From UHGV virus genome UHGV-0044882: a DNA stretch of 16,020 nucleotides. One strand, written 5' to 3'. Each line of letters begins with the position of its first letter. The stretch's first letter is position 1. Source of the stretch: a virus. This document shows positions 1-7,841 of the stretch, piece by piece. Under the pieces are notes generated by a model. That model ran no database searches. It was given only the letters and a program-made list of their open reading frames with translations, and was not told the DNA's origin. The position numbers and the translations under genes were made by a program.

Positions 1-92
1 AACTTGCTGGACAGTTCTTCAACTGCCACACCGTTCAGACGCGCCAGCTGCTGCAGGTAAGCGTTAAAAGCAAAGCGGGTATTCTTCTTCAT
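1..92 (-). CDS. N: Major capsid protein gpN, N-terminal fragment (gene runs off the left edge)
   Basis: Reverse complement of 1..92 translates MKKNTRFAFNAYLQQLARLNGVAVEELSSK, resembling the P2 gpN N-terminus as I recall it (TRFKFNAYL). ATG at 92..90 lies 17 nt after the gpO stop, as in P2 O-N order. Confidence 0.75.
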   Translation of the reverse strand, partial: MKKNTRFAFNAYLQQLARLNGVAVEELSSK

Positions 93-108
93 CAGGTTTT
101 GTGCTCCA

Positions 109-942
109 TCAGCAATTGGTCAGAGTGTCAGCGGGGGCGTTACCGCCTGTTGCACGCTGGCGGTAGTCCTGGCGGCTGTCTTCATGACTCAGCTTGTCCA
201 CCAGTTCGTTAAAGGCGGTTTGCTGTGCCTGCAGGGCAGTCTCCAGCTCAGACAGGCGTTCTTCCTGCTCAGACAGGGATTTTTCGGTGCGTGCGCTCAG
301 GTTCTGCTGCTCAGTGGCGACCAGCTCCACGGCCTTATGCACATCAGAGAACCGGGCGTCATCGGACTGCTCTTTTTTGGTAAACAGCGCCGTGACGCGG
401 GCAAACAGGGACGGTTTGTCGTCCTGGACTTCTTCCAGTTCGATCACCGTTTCCTCTGCGGCGGTAAAGAGATTGGCGGGATTCTGCTTGCGGTTTGCCA
501 GCGGGTTATGGGCTGCACTGGCGCTGAATGTCAGCATTTCAGTGCCCAGACTGGCAGGGTCATCAGTGGCAGCCAGGCCGACCAGGTAGGCTTTGCCCGT
601 ATCAGCGAACTTCGGGCTGACTTCCATAGAGGTGAATAATTTCTGGCCTTTTTTCACCAGTTCCACCAGGGACTCCGTTGGCTCAACGTCAGCATACAGC
701 GCCATCTTGCCTGCCAGCGGACCTTCCGTGATTTCTTCAGCAAACAGCGCCGTCACCTTGCCGTAGCGGTTAAAGGTGCTGTCCGGCAGATAAGACTTGA
801 TGTGCTCAAGGTTAATCAGCGCGGTATACACCGCCGGGTTATAGCTGGCTGCCATCTGTTCCAGCCATTCACGCTGGATTTCGCGTCCGTCGGTGGTGGC
901 ACCTTCCACCCCGATGCGAAAACGCTTTGCTTTCACTGTCAT
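109..942 (-). CDS. O: Capsid scaffolding protein gpO
   Basis: 277 aa with RIGVEG..DGR, INLEH, YLVGLAATDDPASLGTE and C-terminal ATGG..C motifs typical of the P2 gpO scaffold family. ATG at 942..940, GGAG about 8 nt upstream. Confidence 0.9.
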   Translation of the reverse strand: MTVKAKRFRIGVEGATTDGREIQREWLEQMAASYNPAVYTALINLEHIKSYLPDSTFNRYGKVTALFAEEITEGPLAGKMALYADVEPTESLVELVKKGQKLFTSMEVSPKFADTGKAYLVGLAATDDPASLGTEMLTFSASAAHNPLANRKQNPANLFTAAEETVIELEEVQDDKPSLFARVTALFTKKEQSDDARFSDVHKAVELVATEQQNLSARTEKSLSEQEERLSELETALQAQQTAFNELVDKLSHEDSRQDYRQRATGGNAPADTLTNC

Positions 943-1020
943 GAGCCGTGCTCCGTTAGAAAAAACTTACTGGAGCCTTATGGTTGCGGTGATGGGGGCA
1001 GTGAAACAATGCGCGGTATT

Positions 1021-1038
1021 TGTACCGACAACCACACA
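1021..1038. promoter_or_regulatory. TGT-N12-ACA dyad in the O/P divergent intergenic region; candidate Ogr/Delta-type late activator site
   Basis: Sequence tgtaccgacaaccacaca. P2 late promoters carry a TGT-N12-ACA element near -55. The centre is about 55 nt from a putative O transcript start near 975. Motif match only. Confidence 0.3.
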
Positions 1039-1084
1039 AACCGCAGGCGGGGAAAGCCTTCATTCAAGGCTGTAGGTTTGTGCC

Positions 1085-2851
1085 ATGAACACCACACTGA
1101 CACCCGCAGATCTCGATCCCCGTCGGCAGGCCATGCTGCTGTACTTTCAGGGATACCGCGTAGCCCGCATTGCTGAAATGCTGGGCGAGAAAGTTGCAAC
1201 CGTTCACAGCTGGAAAAAACGCGACAAGTGGGGTGACTATGGGCCGCTGGATCAGATGCAGCTCACCACCGCCGCACGCTACTGCCAGCTCATTATGAAG
1301 GAGCACAAAGAAGGGAAAGATTTCAAAGAGATTGACCTGCTGGCGCGCCAGTCGGAGCGCCATGCGCGGATCGGCAAGTTTAACAATGGCGGCAACGAAG
1401 CCGACTTAAACCCTAACGTCGCCAACCGCAACAAAGGCCCGCGCCGTCAGCCGGAAAAGAACGTTTTCACCGATGAACAGATTGAGAAGTTGGAAGAAAT
1501 CTTCCATTCCTCCATGTTCAACTACCAGCGCCACTGGTGGGAAGCCGGAAAAACCAACCGCATCCGCAACCTGCTGAAGTCACGCCAGATCGGCGCGACC
1601 TTCTATTTTGCCCGTGAAGCCCTGATTGACGCCCTGCTAACCGGGCGTAACCAGATTTTCCTTTCCGCCAGCAAGGCTCAGGCCCACGTCTTTAAGCAGT
1701 ACATCATCGACTTCGCCAAAGAAGTGGAGGTGGAGCTGAAAGGCGATCCGATGGTGCTTCCTAACGGGGCCACGCTGTACTTCCTCGGCACCAATGCCCG
1801 CACGGCCCAGAGTTACCACGGCAACCTGTATCTGGATGAATATTTCTGGATACCGAAATTCCAGGAGCTGCGCAAAGTGGCTTCCGGTATGGCTATTCAC
1901 AAAAAATGGCGACAAACCTATTTTTCCACGCCATCCAGCCTGACACACAGTGCTTATCCGTTCTGGTCCGGTGCGCTGTTCAACCGAGGGCGCAACAAAG
2001 CCGATAAGGTGGACATCGACCTGTCCCACAGCAATCTGGCCCCCGGCCTGCTGTGCGCAGACGGGCAGTACCGCCAGATAGTCACTGTGGAAGATGCGGT
2101 GCGCGGCGGCTGTAACCTGTTCGACCTCGACCAGTTGCGCATGGAGTACAGCCCGGACGAATACCAGAACCTGCTGATGTGTGAGTTCGTGGACGATCTC
2201 GCGTCTGTGTTCCCACTCAGCGAGCTGCAGGCGTGCATGGTGGACAGTTGGGAAGTCTGGACCGACTTTCATGCACTGGCCCTGCGCCCGTTTGGCTGGC
2301 GCGAAGTGTGGATCGGATATGACCCGGCGAAAGGTACGCAGAACGGCGACAGCGCCGGATGCGTGGTGGTGGCGCCGCCAGCCGTGCCGGGCGGTAAGTT
2401 CCGCATTCTTGAGCGTCACCAGTGGCGCGGAATGGACTTCCGCGCCCAGGCTGACGCCATCAAAAAACTGACCGAACAGTACAACGTGACCTATATCGGT
2501 ATCGACTCAACCGGCGTTGGTCACGGGGTTTACGAGAACGTGAAAGCGTTTTTTCCTGCCGTCCGGGAGTTTGTCTACAACCCCAACGTTAAAAACGCCC
2601 TGGTACTCAAGGCCTACGACATTATCAGCCACCGCCGTCTGGAGTTTGACGCCGGACACACCGACATAGCGCAGTCCTTTATGGCAATCCGTCGCGCCAC
2701 CACCGCCAGTGGCAACCGCCCGACCTATGAAGCCAGCCGCAGCGAAGAAGCCAGCCACGCCGATCTGGCCTGGGCAACGATGCACGCACTGTTTAACGAA
2801 CCGCTGCAGGGCGAATCCGCCAATACCAGCAATATTGTGGAGATTTTTTGA
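1085..2851 (+). CDS. P: Terminase ATPase (large) subunit gpP
   Basis: 588 aa, matching P2 gpP in length and position (upstream of Q, divergent from O). Stop TGA 2849..2851 overlaps the Q ATG at 2851. Confidence 0.9.
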   Translation: MNTTLTPADLDPRRQAMLLYFQGYRVARIAEMLGEKVATVHSWKKRDKWGDYGPLDQMQLTTAARYCQLIMKEHKEGKDFKEIDLLARQSERHARIGKFNNGGNEADLNPNVANRNKGPRRQPEKNVFTDEQIEKLEEIFHSSMFNYQRHWWEAGKTNRIRNLLKSRQIGATFYFAREALIDALLTGRNQIFLSASKAQAHVFKQYIIDFAKEVEVELKGDPMVLPNGATLYFLGTNARTAQSYHGNLYLDEYFWIPKFQELRKVASGMAIHKKWRQTYFSTPSSLTHSAYPFWSGALFNRGRNKADKVDIDLSHSNLAPGLLCADGQYRQIVTVEDAVRGGCNLFDLDQLRMEYSPDEYQNLLMCEFVDDLASVFPLSELQACMVDSWEVWTDFHALALRPFGWREVWIGYDPAKGTQNGDSAGCVVVAPPAVPGGKFRILERHQWRGMDFRAQADAIKKLTEQYNVTYIGIDSTGVGHGVYENVKAFFPAVREFVYNPNVKNALVLKAYDIISHRRLEFDAGHTDIAQSFMAIRRATTASGNRPTYEASRSEEASHADLAWATMHALFNEPLQGESANTSNIVEIF

Positions 2852-3885
2852 TGGGAAAGAGTAAGAAGAACCGCGCTGCGGCGACGAAACAGATCCAGCT
2901 TAAAAGTCAAACTACAGCCGAAGCATTCAGCTTCGGCGATCCCGTTCCTGTTCTGGACCGCCGAGAACTGCTGGATTATGTGGAATGCGTACAGATGGAC
3001 CGTTGGTATGAGCCGCCCGTCAGCTTTGACGGACTGGCGCGCACCTTCCGCGCCGCCGTGCATCACAGTTCCCCGATTGCAGTAAAGTGCAACATTCTGA
3101 CCAGTACCTATATCCCTCATCCGCTGCTCAGCCAGCAGGCTTTTTCGCGTTTTGTGCAGGACTATCTGGTATTTGGTAACGCCTACCTGGAGAAACGCAC
3201 GAACCGATTCGGTGAAGTTATCGCTCTTGAGCCTGCGCTTGCAAAATACACCCGACGCGGATTAGACCTAGATACCTACTGGTTTGTGCAATACGGTATG
3301 ACAACCCTGCCGTATCAGTTCACGAAAGGCAGCATTTTTCATCTGATGGAACCGGACATCAACCAGGAGATCTACGGCCTGCCCGGTTATCTTTCTGCCA
3401 TTCCGTCAGCCCTGCTCAACGAGTCCGCCACGCTGTTCCGCCGCAAGTATTACATTAACGGTAGCCATGCAGGCTTCATCATGTATATGACCGATGCCGC
3501 GCAGAACCAGGAAGATGTGAACAACCTCCGCAACGCAATGAAAAGCGCCAAAGGCCCTGGCAACTTCCGCAATCTGTTTATGTACTCGCCTAACGGCAAA
3601 AAGGACGGACTTCAGATTATCCCGTTGTCAGAGGTCGCAGCGAAGGATGAGTTTTTGAATATCAAGAACGTGAGTCGGGATGACATGATGGCAGCACATC
3701 GTGTGCCGCCGCAAATGATGGGGATTATGCCGAGTAATGTTGGGGGGTTTGGGGATGTGGAGAAAGCCAGCCGCGTCTTTGTTCGCAACGAGTTGATACC
3801 TCTGCAGAAGCGCCTTCAGGAATTGAACGACTGGCTTGGAGAAGAAGTCATGCGTTTTGAAGATTATAATTTAGGTATTGAATGA
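2851..3885 (+). CDS. Q: Portal (capsid portal vertex) protein gpQ
   Basis: 344 aa from ATG 2851 (the track's first M is TTG at 2848), the same length as P2 gpQ. Translationally coupled to P (TGATG). Confidence 0.88.
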   Translation: MGKSKKNRAAATKQIQLKSQTTAEAFSFGDPVPVLDRRELLDYVECVQMDRWYEPPVSFDGLARTFRAAVHHSSPIAVKCNILTSTYIPHPLLSQQAFSRFVQDYLVFGNAYLEKRTNRFGEVIALEPALAKYTRRGLDLDTYWFVQYGMTTLPYQFTKGSIFHLMEPDINQEIYGLPGYLSAIPSALLNESATLFRRKYYINGSHAGFIMYMTDAAQNQEDVNNLRNAMKSAKGPGNFRNLFMYSPNGKKDGLQIIPLSEVAAKDEFLNIKNVSRDDMMAAHRVPPQMMGIMPSNVGGFGDVEKASRVFVRNELIPLQKRLQELNDWLGEEVMRFEDYNLGIE

Positions 3886-3890
3886 AATTT

Positions 3891-3917
3891 AAAAGCCTGT
3901 ACAAACAGGCTTTTATT
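3891..3917. terminator. Bidirectional rho-independent terminator between convergent Q and the three-gene operon
   Basis: Stem aaagcctgt / acaggcttt with loop acaa, flanked by an A-run on one side and ttttatt on the other. Seen directly in sequence. Confidence 0.55.
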
Positions 3918-3954
3918 CTTTAGTTTAAAATCACCAAGACATGAGCATTAAAAC

Positions 3955-4620
3955 TTAAAGATCCGGATCTACAGGCTCATGATATAGATTTACAGGGTAA
4001 TGAATAACTTCATAATTCAGTTGAGTAACTGTGTGAACATGCTGGCTATAAAAAACCAATGGATTTTTTTGACAAGGAGTAATCGTTATAGATTTACAGG
4101 CATGAATTCTTGGTGCGAATTTATCTAAATGCGCCTTCCAGTTGCTCATCATTTCATTACATTTTCTATTACGAGTATAGATAATCAATCCACCACTTGC
4201 GCTGTCTACGGTCCCTGTACTATATCGTTCAGTGAGTTGAGCATACCCTTTAAATAAATAACTATATGAAGATGTATGTTTTTTGGCTTCGCCATGCCAA
4301 ATATAATCCTTTAGTTTTATTGTAATATCACAATGTCCGCGCTGATTATTTTCATGAAATGCTTCAATGCCCATATCTTTATTTTTGATATTGGCCAATA
4401 AAATTAAAGTAAGCTGATCTTCTGTTAAATCGAAGTTTAACTTATTTGAATTCTCTTCTATTTCCTTTACAGCAGAATCAAGTTCAATCCTGACAAATTG
4501 TTTGAAATTATCGTACGATTGAAGTGCAAATCTAACACGAGTAATAGAAGCATTAATACGCTGAAGAAAAATATCATTATCAATATCAGCCAAACTCATT
4601 GCTGCAGACATTTTTAACAT
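3955..4620 (-). CDS. Hypothetical protein, third gene of the AT-rich operon; weak PD-(D/E)xK-like nuclease motif
   Basis: 221 aa, ATG 4620..4618 overlapping the stop of the upstream gene (ATGA), stop TAA 3957..3955. Segment GHCDITIKLKDYIWHGEAKKH has a D then E-x-K spacing compatible with a PD-(D/E)xK core; this is inference by eye, not a domain hit. Confidence 0.6.
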   Translation of the reverse strand: MLKMSAAMSLADIDNDIFLQRINASITRVRFALQSYDNFKQFVRIELDSAVKEIEENSNKLNFDLTEDQLTLILLANIKNKDMGIEAFHENNQRGHCDITIKLKDYIWHGEAKKHTSSYSYLFKGYAQLTERYSTGTVDSASGGLIIYTRNRKCNEMMSNWKAHLDKFAPRIHACKSITITPCQKNPLVFYSQHVHTVTQLNYEVIHYPVNLYHEPVDPDL

Positions 4621-5054
4621 CAGATAATATCCTTTGATTTAGATTCATCTAATGTAAAAAAAGGAAATACGAATGACTTATAGTCATACATAAGCTCCCC
4701 TGTAAATGGGTTTGCTAAAGATTGACTGATTTCCGCCTCAATAACTTCCTCTATTTCAAGTTCTACAGGGTCATGAAAATCATCAATGAACCAATAATTG
4801 AGTTTTAAAAAATCAACCTTTGGGCTACAAAGAATTTGTATGGCCGGATAGATAACCTGCTCATACGTTTCTGGCTGTAAAACCTTATTATAACCACCAG
4901 CTATATTAAATAAATCCTTATAACTTAAGGCTATATTTGATGATTTTTTAGCCCTTGCCTCGATTTCATCGTACAAATAGCAAGCTAACGCCCCAATTTC
5001 AGGGCGTTCTGCACACATTTCTTTGATGATCTTGGGCATATCACCATCCTTCAT
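4620..5054 (-). CDS. Hypothetical small acidic protein, middle gene of the AT-rich operon
   Basis: 144 aa from ATG 5054..5052 (track lists a TTG start at 5066). GGAG 7 nt upstream. Stop TGA overlaps the start of the downstream gene at 4620. No recognisable motif. Confidence 0.55.
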   Translation of the reverse strand: MKDGDMPKIIKEMCAERPEIGALACYLYDEIEARAKKSSNIALSYKDLFNIAGGYNKVLQPETYEQVIYPAIQILCSPKVDFLKLNYWFIDDFHDPVELEIEEVIEAEISQSLANPFTGELMYDYKSFVFPFFTLDESKSKDII

Positions 5055-5066
5055 TGCTGACTCCAA

Positions 5067-6173
5067 TTATAATATCAGCTTTGTGAGGGTTTCGAAATCA
5101 TCTTTGGATATACATTTACTTAATATAGCATAGTTAACAGGAGAGCAACTACTCCCTCCTAGATGCCTGCGGAGTGTTCCCGGAATGATAAGCTCTACGT
5201 TATCCGCTAATTGCAGTTTTGGATTATTTCTATCAACTCTAATTCCAATACGATACAAACCAATACTGCCTACTGCTTTGATGCCTTCCTTATTAAACAA
5301 ATCATCACGTAAGTCTTTAGTGGCCACATTTTTCTTTTCTTTATGCGTAGTCCCCTCATTCGTCAAAAATGACAAATCAAAGACTTTATAGCTTAATTTT
5401 GAATAAGGCAATGAATTTTGTTTGAAAATTAGCTCAATTAACGGATAAAAATCTTTTTCCGATGATTTAAATTCATAACCGACATGATTATACAATTCAC
5501 GAATAATGTTACTCTTTGCAAAAGTAACATTATCACCAATAATATTACCATTAGTATCTACCAAAACATGAATTTTATTAGTAACAGAGTCTAATATACA
5601 GACATCAAAACATTGTCGCTTTTCTTTTCGCTTTGCAATAATTTCATCAAACTGCTTGTATTGCGCAAGTGCTGACGGGGGAATTTTTTCTCTTACAACT
5701 AATTCTCTGACAGATGAAAAAACAAGTATTGACTGGGTGTTTTGAATAGAATAATTAACAAGTTCAGGTTGATTTTTTACAGCATTTTGCAATTGGACAT
5801 CATCAAGGATCGAATCAACCAATAATGATGGTTGATTCATCAAATTCCATTGAAAACTAAATCTGTCATTTAGTGTTTTAATTACACTATTATCTACAGT
5901 CAAACTAAATATTGCTTTTTCACCATAAACGACCTGACCAAAAATTAGGTCATTTACGTTTGCCATAATGCCATCAAACTTTTGCCTATCTTTACTTTTA
6001 AGATCAATGAGGCTTTCTAGTATTTTTTCGTTTGTTGCTTCACGCCCCCTACCTGTTGGCAGCCCTAAAGACGCAATAATTGGCCTTGCAACGTTCCATG
6101 TGAAACGTTCAGTTAAGGTCAAGATCGACTTTAACTCAGACTCAGAAAGCACTACTGGGACACTACCTGTCAT
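5067..6173 (-). CDS. Hypothetical protein, first and largest gene of the AT-rich operon
   Basis: 368 aa from ATG 6173..6171 (track lists GTG at 6182), AGGTG 7 nt upstream, stop TAA 5069..5067. No Walker A, HExxH or nucleotidyltransferase motif found by eye. Confidence 0.62.
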   Translation of the reverse strand: MTGSVPVVLSESELKSILTLTERFTWNVARPIIASLGLPTGRGREATNEKILESLIDLKSKDRQKFDGIMANVNDLIFGQVVYGEKAIFSLTVDNSVIKTLNDRFSFQWNLMNQPSLLVDSILDDVQLQNAVKNQPELVNYSIQNTQSILVFSSVRELVVREKIPPSALAQYKQFDEIIAKRKEKRQCFDVCILDSVTNKIHVLVDTNGNIIGDNVTFAKSNIIRELYNHVGYEFKSSEKDFYPLIELIFKQNSLPYSKLSYKVFDLSFLTNEGTTHKEKKNVATKDLRDDLFNKEGIKAVGSIGLYRIGIRVDRNNPKLQLADNVELIIPGTLRRHLGGSSCSPVNYAILSKCISKDDFETLTKLIL

Positions 6174-6322
6174 AACTTGCACCTAGTCATCCAAAAAGCA
6201 ATAAGAATTTGCTCTTGTCTTAATTTATCCTTCGATACCTAACAAATTACCTCAATGTTGAAAAAATTTGCAAGCCATTTGCTTCTAAAAAGCGACCTTA
6301 CTCAGAGTGTTACAAAACTAAG

Positions 6323-6351
6323 CGAGCGCGCGCTCGTATCCCCGCCACGCC
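6323..6351 (-). other. Candidate cos (cohesive end) site with adjacent GC palindrome
   Basis: Reverse complement of 6333..6351 is GGCGTGGCGGGGATACGAG. Its first 13 nt match the 186 cohesive end as I recall it (GGCGTGGCGGGGAAAGCAT); 14 of 19 match P2 (GGCGAGGCGGGGAAAGCAC). The G-rich strand is the one expected downstream of Q. A 14-bp palindrome cgagcgcgcgctcg sits at 6323..6336. Confidence 0.45.
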
Positions 6352-6372
6352 TGCCCGCTTTGTGTAGTGGTT

Positions 6373-6476
6373 TTCATGCAGGTGCATGACATAAGCAAAA
6401 GCCCGCCAGAACTGGCGGGCCTGCATCAAAACGATCCTCAAACGATCATGCGTTCTCATGCAGCATAGTCATGCAC
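6373..6476. repeat. Cluster of short iterated motifs beside the cos-like site
   Basis: TCATGCA(G/C) at 6374..6381, 6456..6463 and 6469..6476, plus an inverted copy at 6383..6390 forming a dyad with the first. AAACGATC direct repeat at 6429..6436 and 6440..6447. Confidence 0.4.
6396..6420 (-). terminator. Rho-independent terminator, minus strand
   Basis: Stem gcccgccag / ctggcgggc (6401..6420). On the minus strand it is followed by TTTTGCTTAT. Confidence 0.45.
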
Positions 6477-6637
6477 GGATGAGAGAAATGAATGCGCGTA
6501 TCCAAATGCCCGTTAGAAAAACGCAGATGAACTAAAAAAGCTTAAGGTCTACTATGAGCGAGAAACGGACATTTAATTTTCGAGTAGTGGAAATCGAAGC
6601 CAGTACCTGCCGGAGCCATAGTATCGAAACCACGAAC

Positions 6638-6664
6638 AATAAAAAGCCTGGAAATATCCAGGCT
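6638..6664 (-). terminator. Rho-independent terminator after the oxidoreductase gene
   Basis: Stem agcctgg / ccaggct with loop aaatat (6645..6664). On the minus strand it is followed by TTTTTAT, 36 nt after the stop at 6700. Confidence 0.6.
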
Positions 6665-6699
6665 GCGCAAGACTCATTTATAGAATGCTGCGGTAAGGA

Positions 6700-7692
6700 T
6701 TACTCAACGGTCACAACTATTTTGCCGACCTGTCCATTGGACTCCATATAGCGCTGGGCGTCTGCAATCTCTTCGAACGGGAACGTCTTATCGATGACCG
6801 GCTTCAGTTTGCCGACTCGCAAGCCTTCTGTGATAAAGGATTTAGCGCGCGCCATTTTTTCAGAGTCCGTCGTGATTTCAAACAGCTCATATCCACGCAG
6901 GGTGAGATGCTTACCGAGAATATCAAATACAGGCACAAGCATGTCACGGCTATCGAGCGCGCCGTACTGGAAAAACATACCCTGTGGTGCCATCACCTGC
7001 GTCAGTTTTGCCACGTCCGGCCCACCGACGGGATCAAAAACAATATGGGCACCTGCGCCATCTGTTGCACGACTGATTTCAGCAACCATATCCTGCTCCG
7101 CAGTAGCAATGACGGCGGCTGCGCCAGCTTTAAGGAGCATTTCGCTTTTTTCAGAGGTCCGTGTGAGTGCAATTGGGTTTGCACCCAGCATGTTAGCAAT
7201 CTGTATGGCAGCCAGACCCACGCTGCTTGATGCTGCGCGGATCACGACATTCTGACCAGCCTGAAGGTTGCCATACTCAACCAGCGCACCATAAGCGGTG
7301 ACATACATCATCCAGCTTGCGGCGGCTTCCTCGAATGAAAGGTTTTCAGGATGCTTTACGACAGCATGAACCGGTGCGTTGACCACTTCACCATACATGC
7401 CGTATTCATTAAACATAAATGAAGGGATCACGCTTACCCGATCTCCAGTGGTAAACTCATCTACATTCTCACCTACTGCCTGTACAACGCCGGCCGCTTC
7501 ATAACCAAGACGTGCCGGAAATTCCGGCTCAATAACATATTGGCCGTTGCGGTACATGATTTCTGCACGGTTGATACCTATCGCATGTACGCGGATCTGC
7601 ACTTCACCCGCTGTCGGTGCAGGCACCTGCACATCAACAACTTCCAGCACTTCCGGGCCACCGGTGCGGTTAAAGGTAATAACTTTAGACAT
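6700..7692 (-). CDS. MDR-superfamily NAD(P)H:quinone oxidoreductase-like (zinc-type alcohol dehydrogenase family)
   Basis: 330 aa from ATG 7692 (track TTG at 7698). N-terminus MSKVITFNRTGGPEVLEVVDV and a Gly-rich nucleotide-binding stretch AASSSVGLAAIQ resemble E. coli Qor-type quinone reductases. Confidence 0.85.
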   Translation of the reverse strand: MSKVITFNRTGGPEVLEVVDVQVPAPTAGEVQIRVHAIGINRAEIMYRNGQYVIEPEFPARLGYEAAGVVQAVGENVDEFTTGDRVSVIPSFMFNEYGMYGEVVNAPVHAVVKHPENLSFEEAAASWMMYVTAYGALVEYGNLQAGQNVVIRAASSSVGLAAIQIANMLGANPIALTRTSEKSEMLLKAGAAAVIATAEQDMVAEISRATDGAGAHIVFDPVGGPDVAKLTQVMAPQGMFFQYGALDSRDMLVPVFDILGKHLTLRGYELFEITTDSEKMARAKSFITEGLRVGKLKPVIDKTFPFEEIADAQRYMESNGQVGKIVVTVE

Positions 7693-7841
7693 ATTCAACT
7701 CTCTTCAGTTAAAGGCACACCTTCAGAATAATGCCGAAGGGATGCCCGAATCATTTGTGAACAATCTACGTTGTTACGAACACACCAGAAATAGCTGAGA
7801 GGGAACTTCAGTATTAATTATCCATTAACAATCCGCCTGCT

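Noticed and set aside
184-639. Plus-strand ORFs of 151 and 131 aa (184..639, 194..589) antisense to gpO
   Set aside because: Fully embedded opposite a confidently identified gene; low-complexity Ser/Cys/Arg-rich translations typical of antisense frames in GC-rich DNA.
802-1363. ORFs 802..1176 (+), 893..1075 (+), 978..1199 (-) and 1064..1363 (-) spanning the O/P promoter region
   Set aside because: They overlap the starts of O and P and the intergenic control region, with no SD support; read as frame artefacts.
1637-2471. Antisense ORFs inside gpP (1637..2419, 1954..2238, 2181..2471)
   Set aside because: Embedded in the terminase gene on the opposite strand or in alternative frames; high-GC antisense ORFs with no family resemblance.
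6554-6751. 65-aa plus-strand ORF in the cos-proximal intergenic region
   Set aside because: Runs through the oxidoreductase terminator hairpin and into the oxidoreductase 3' end; more likely non-coding.
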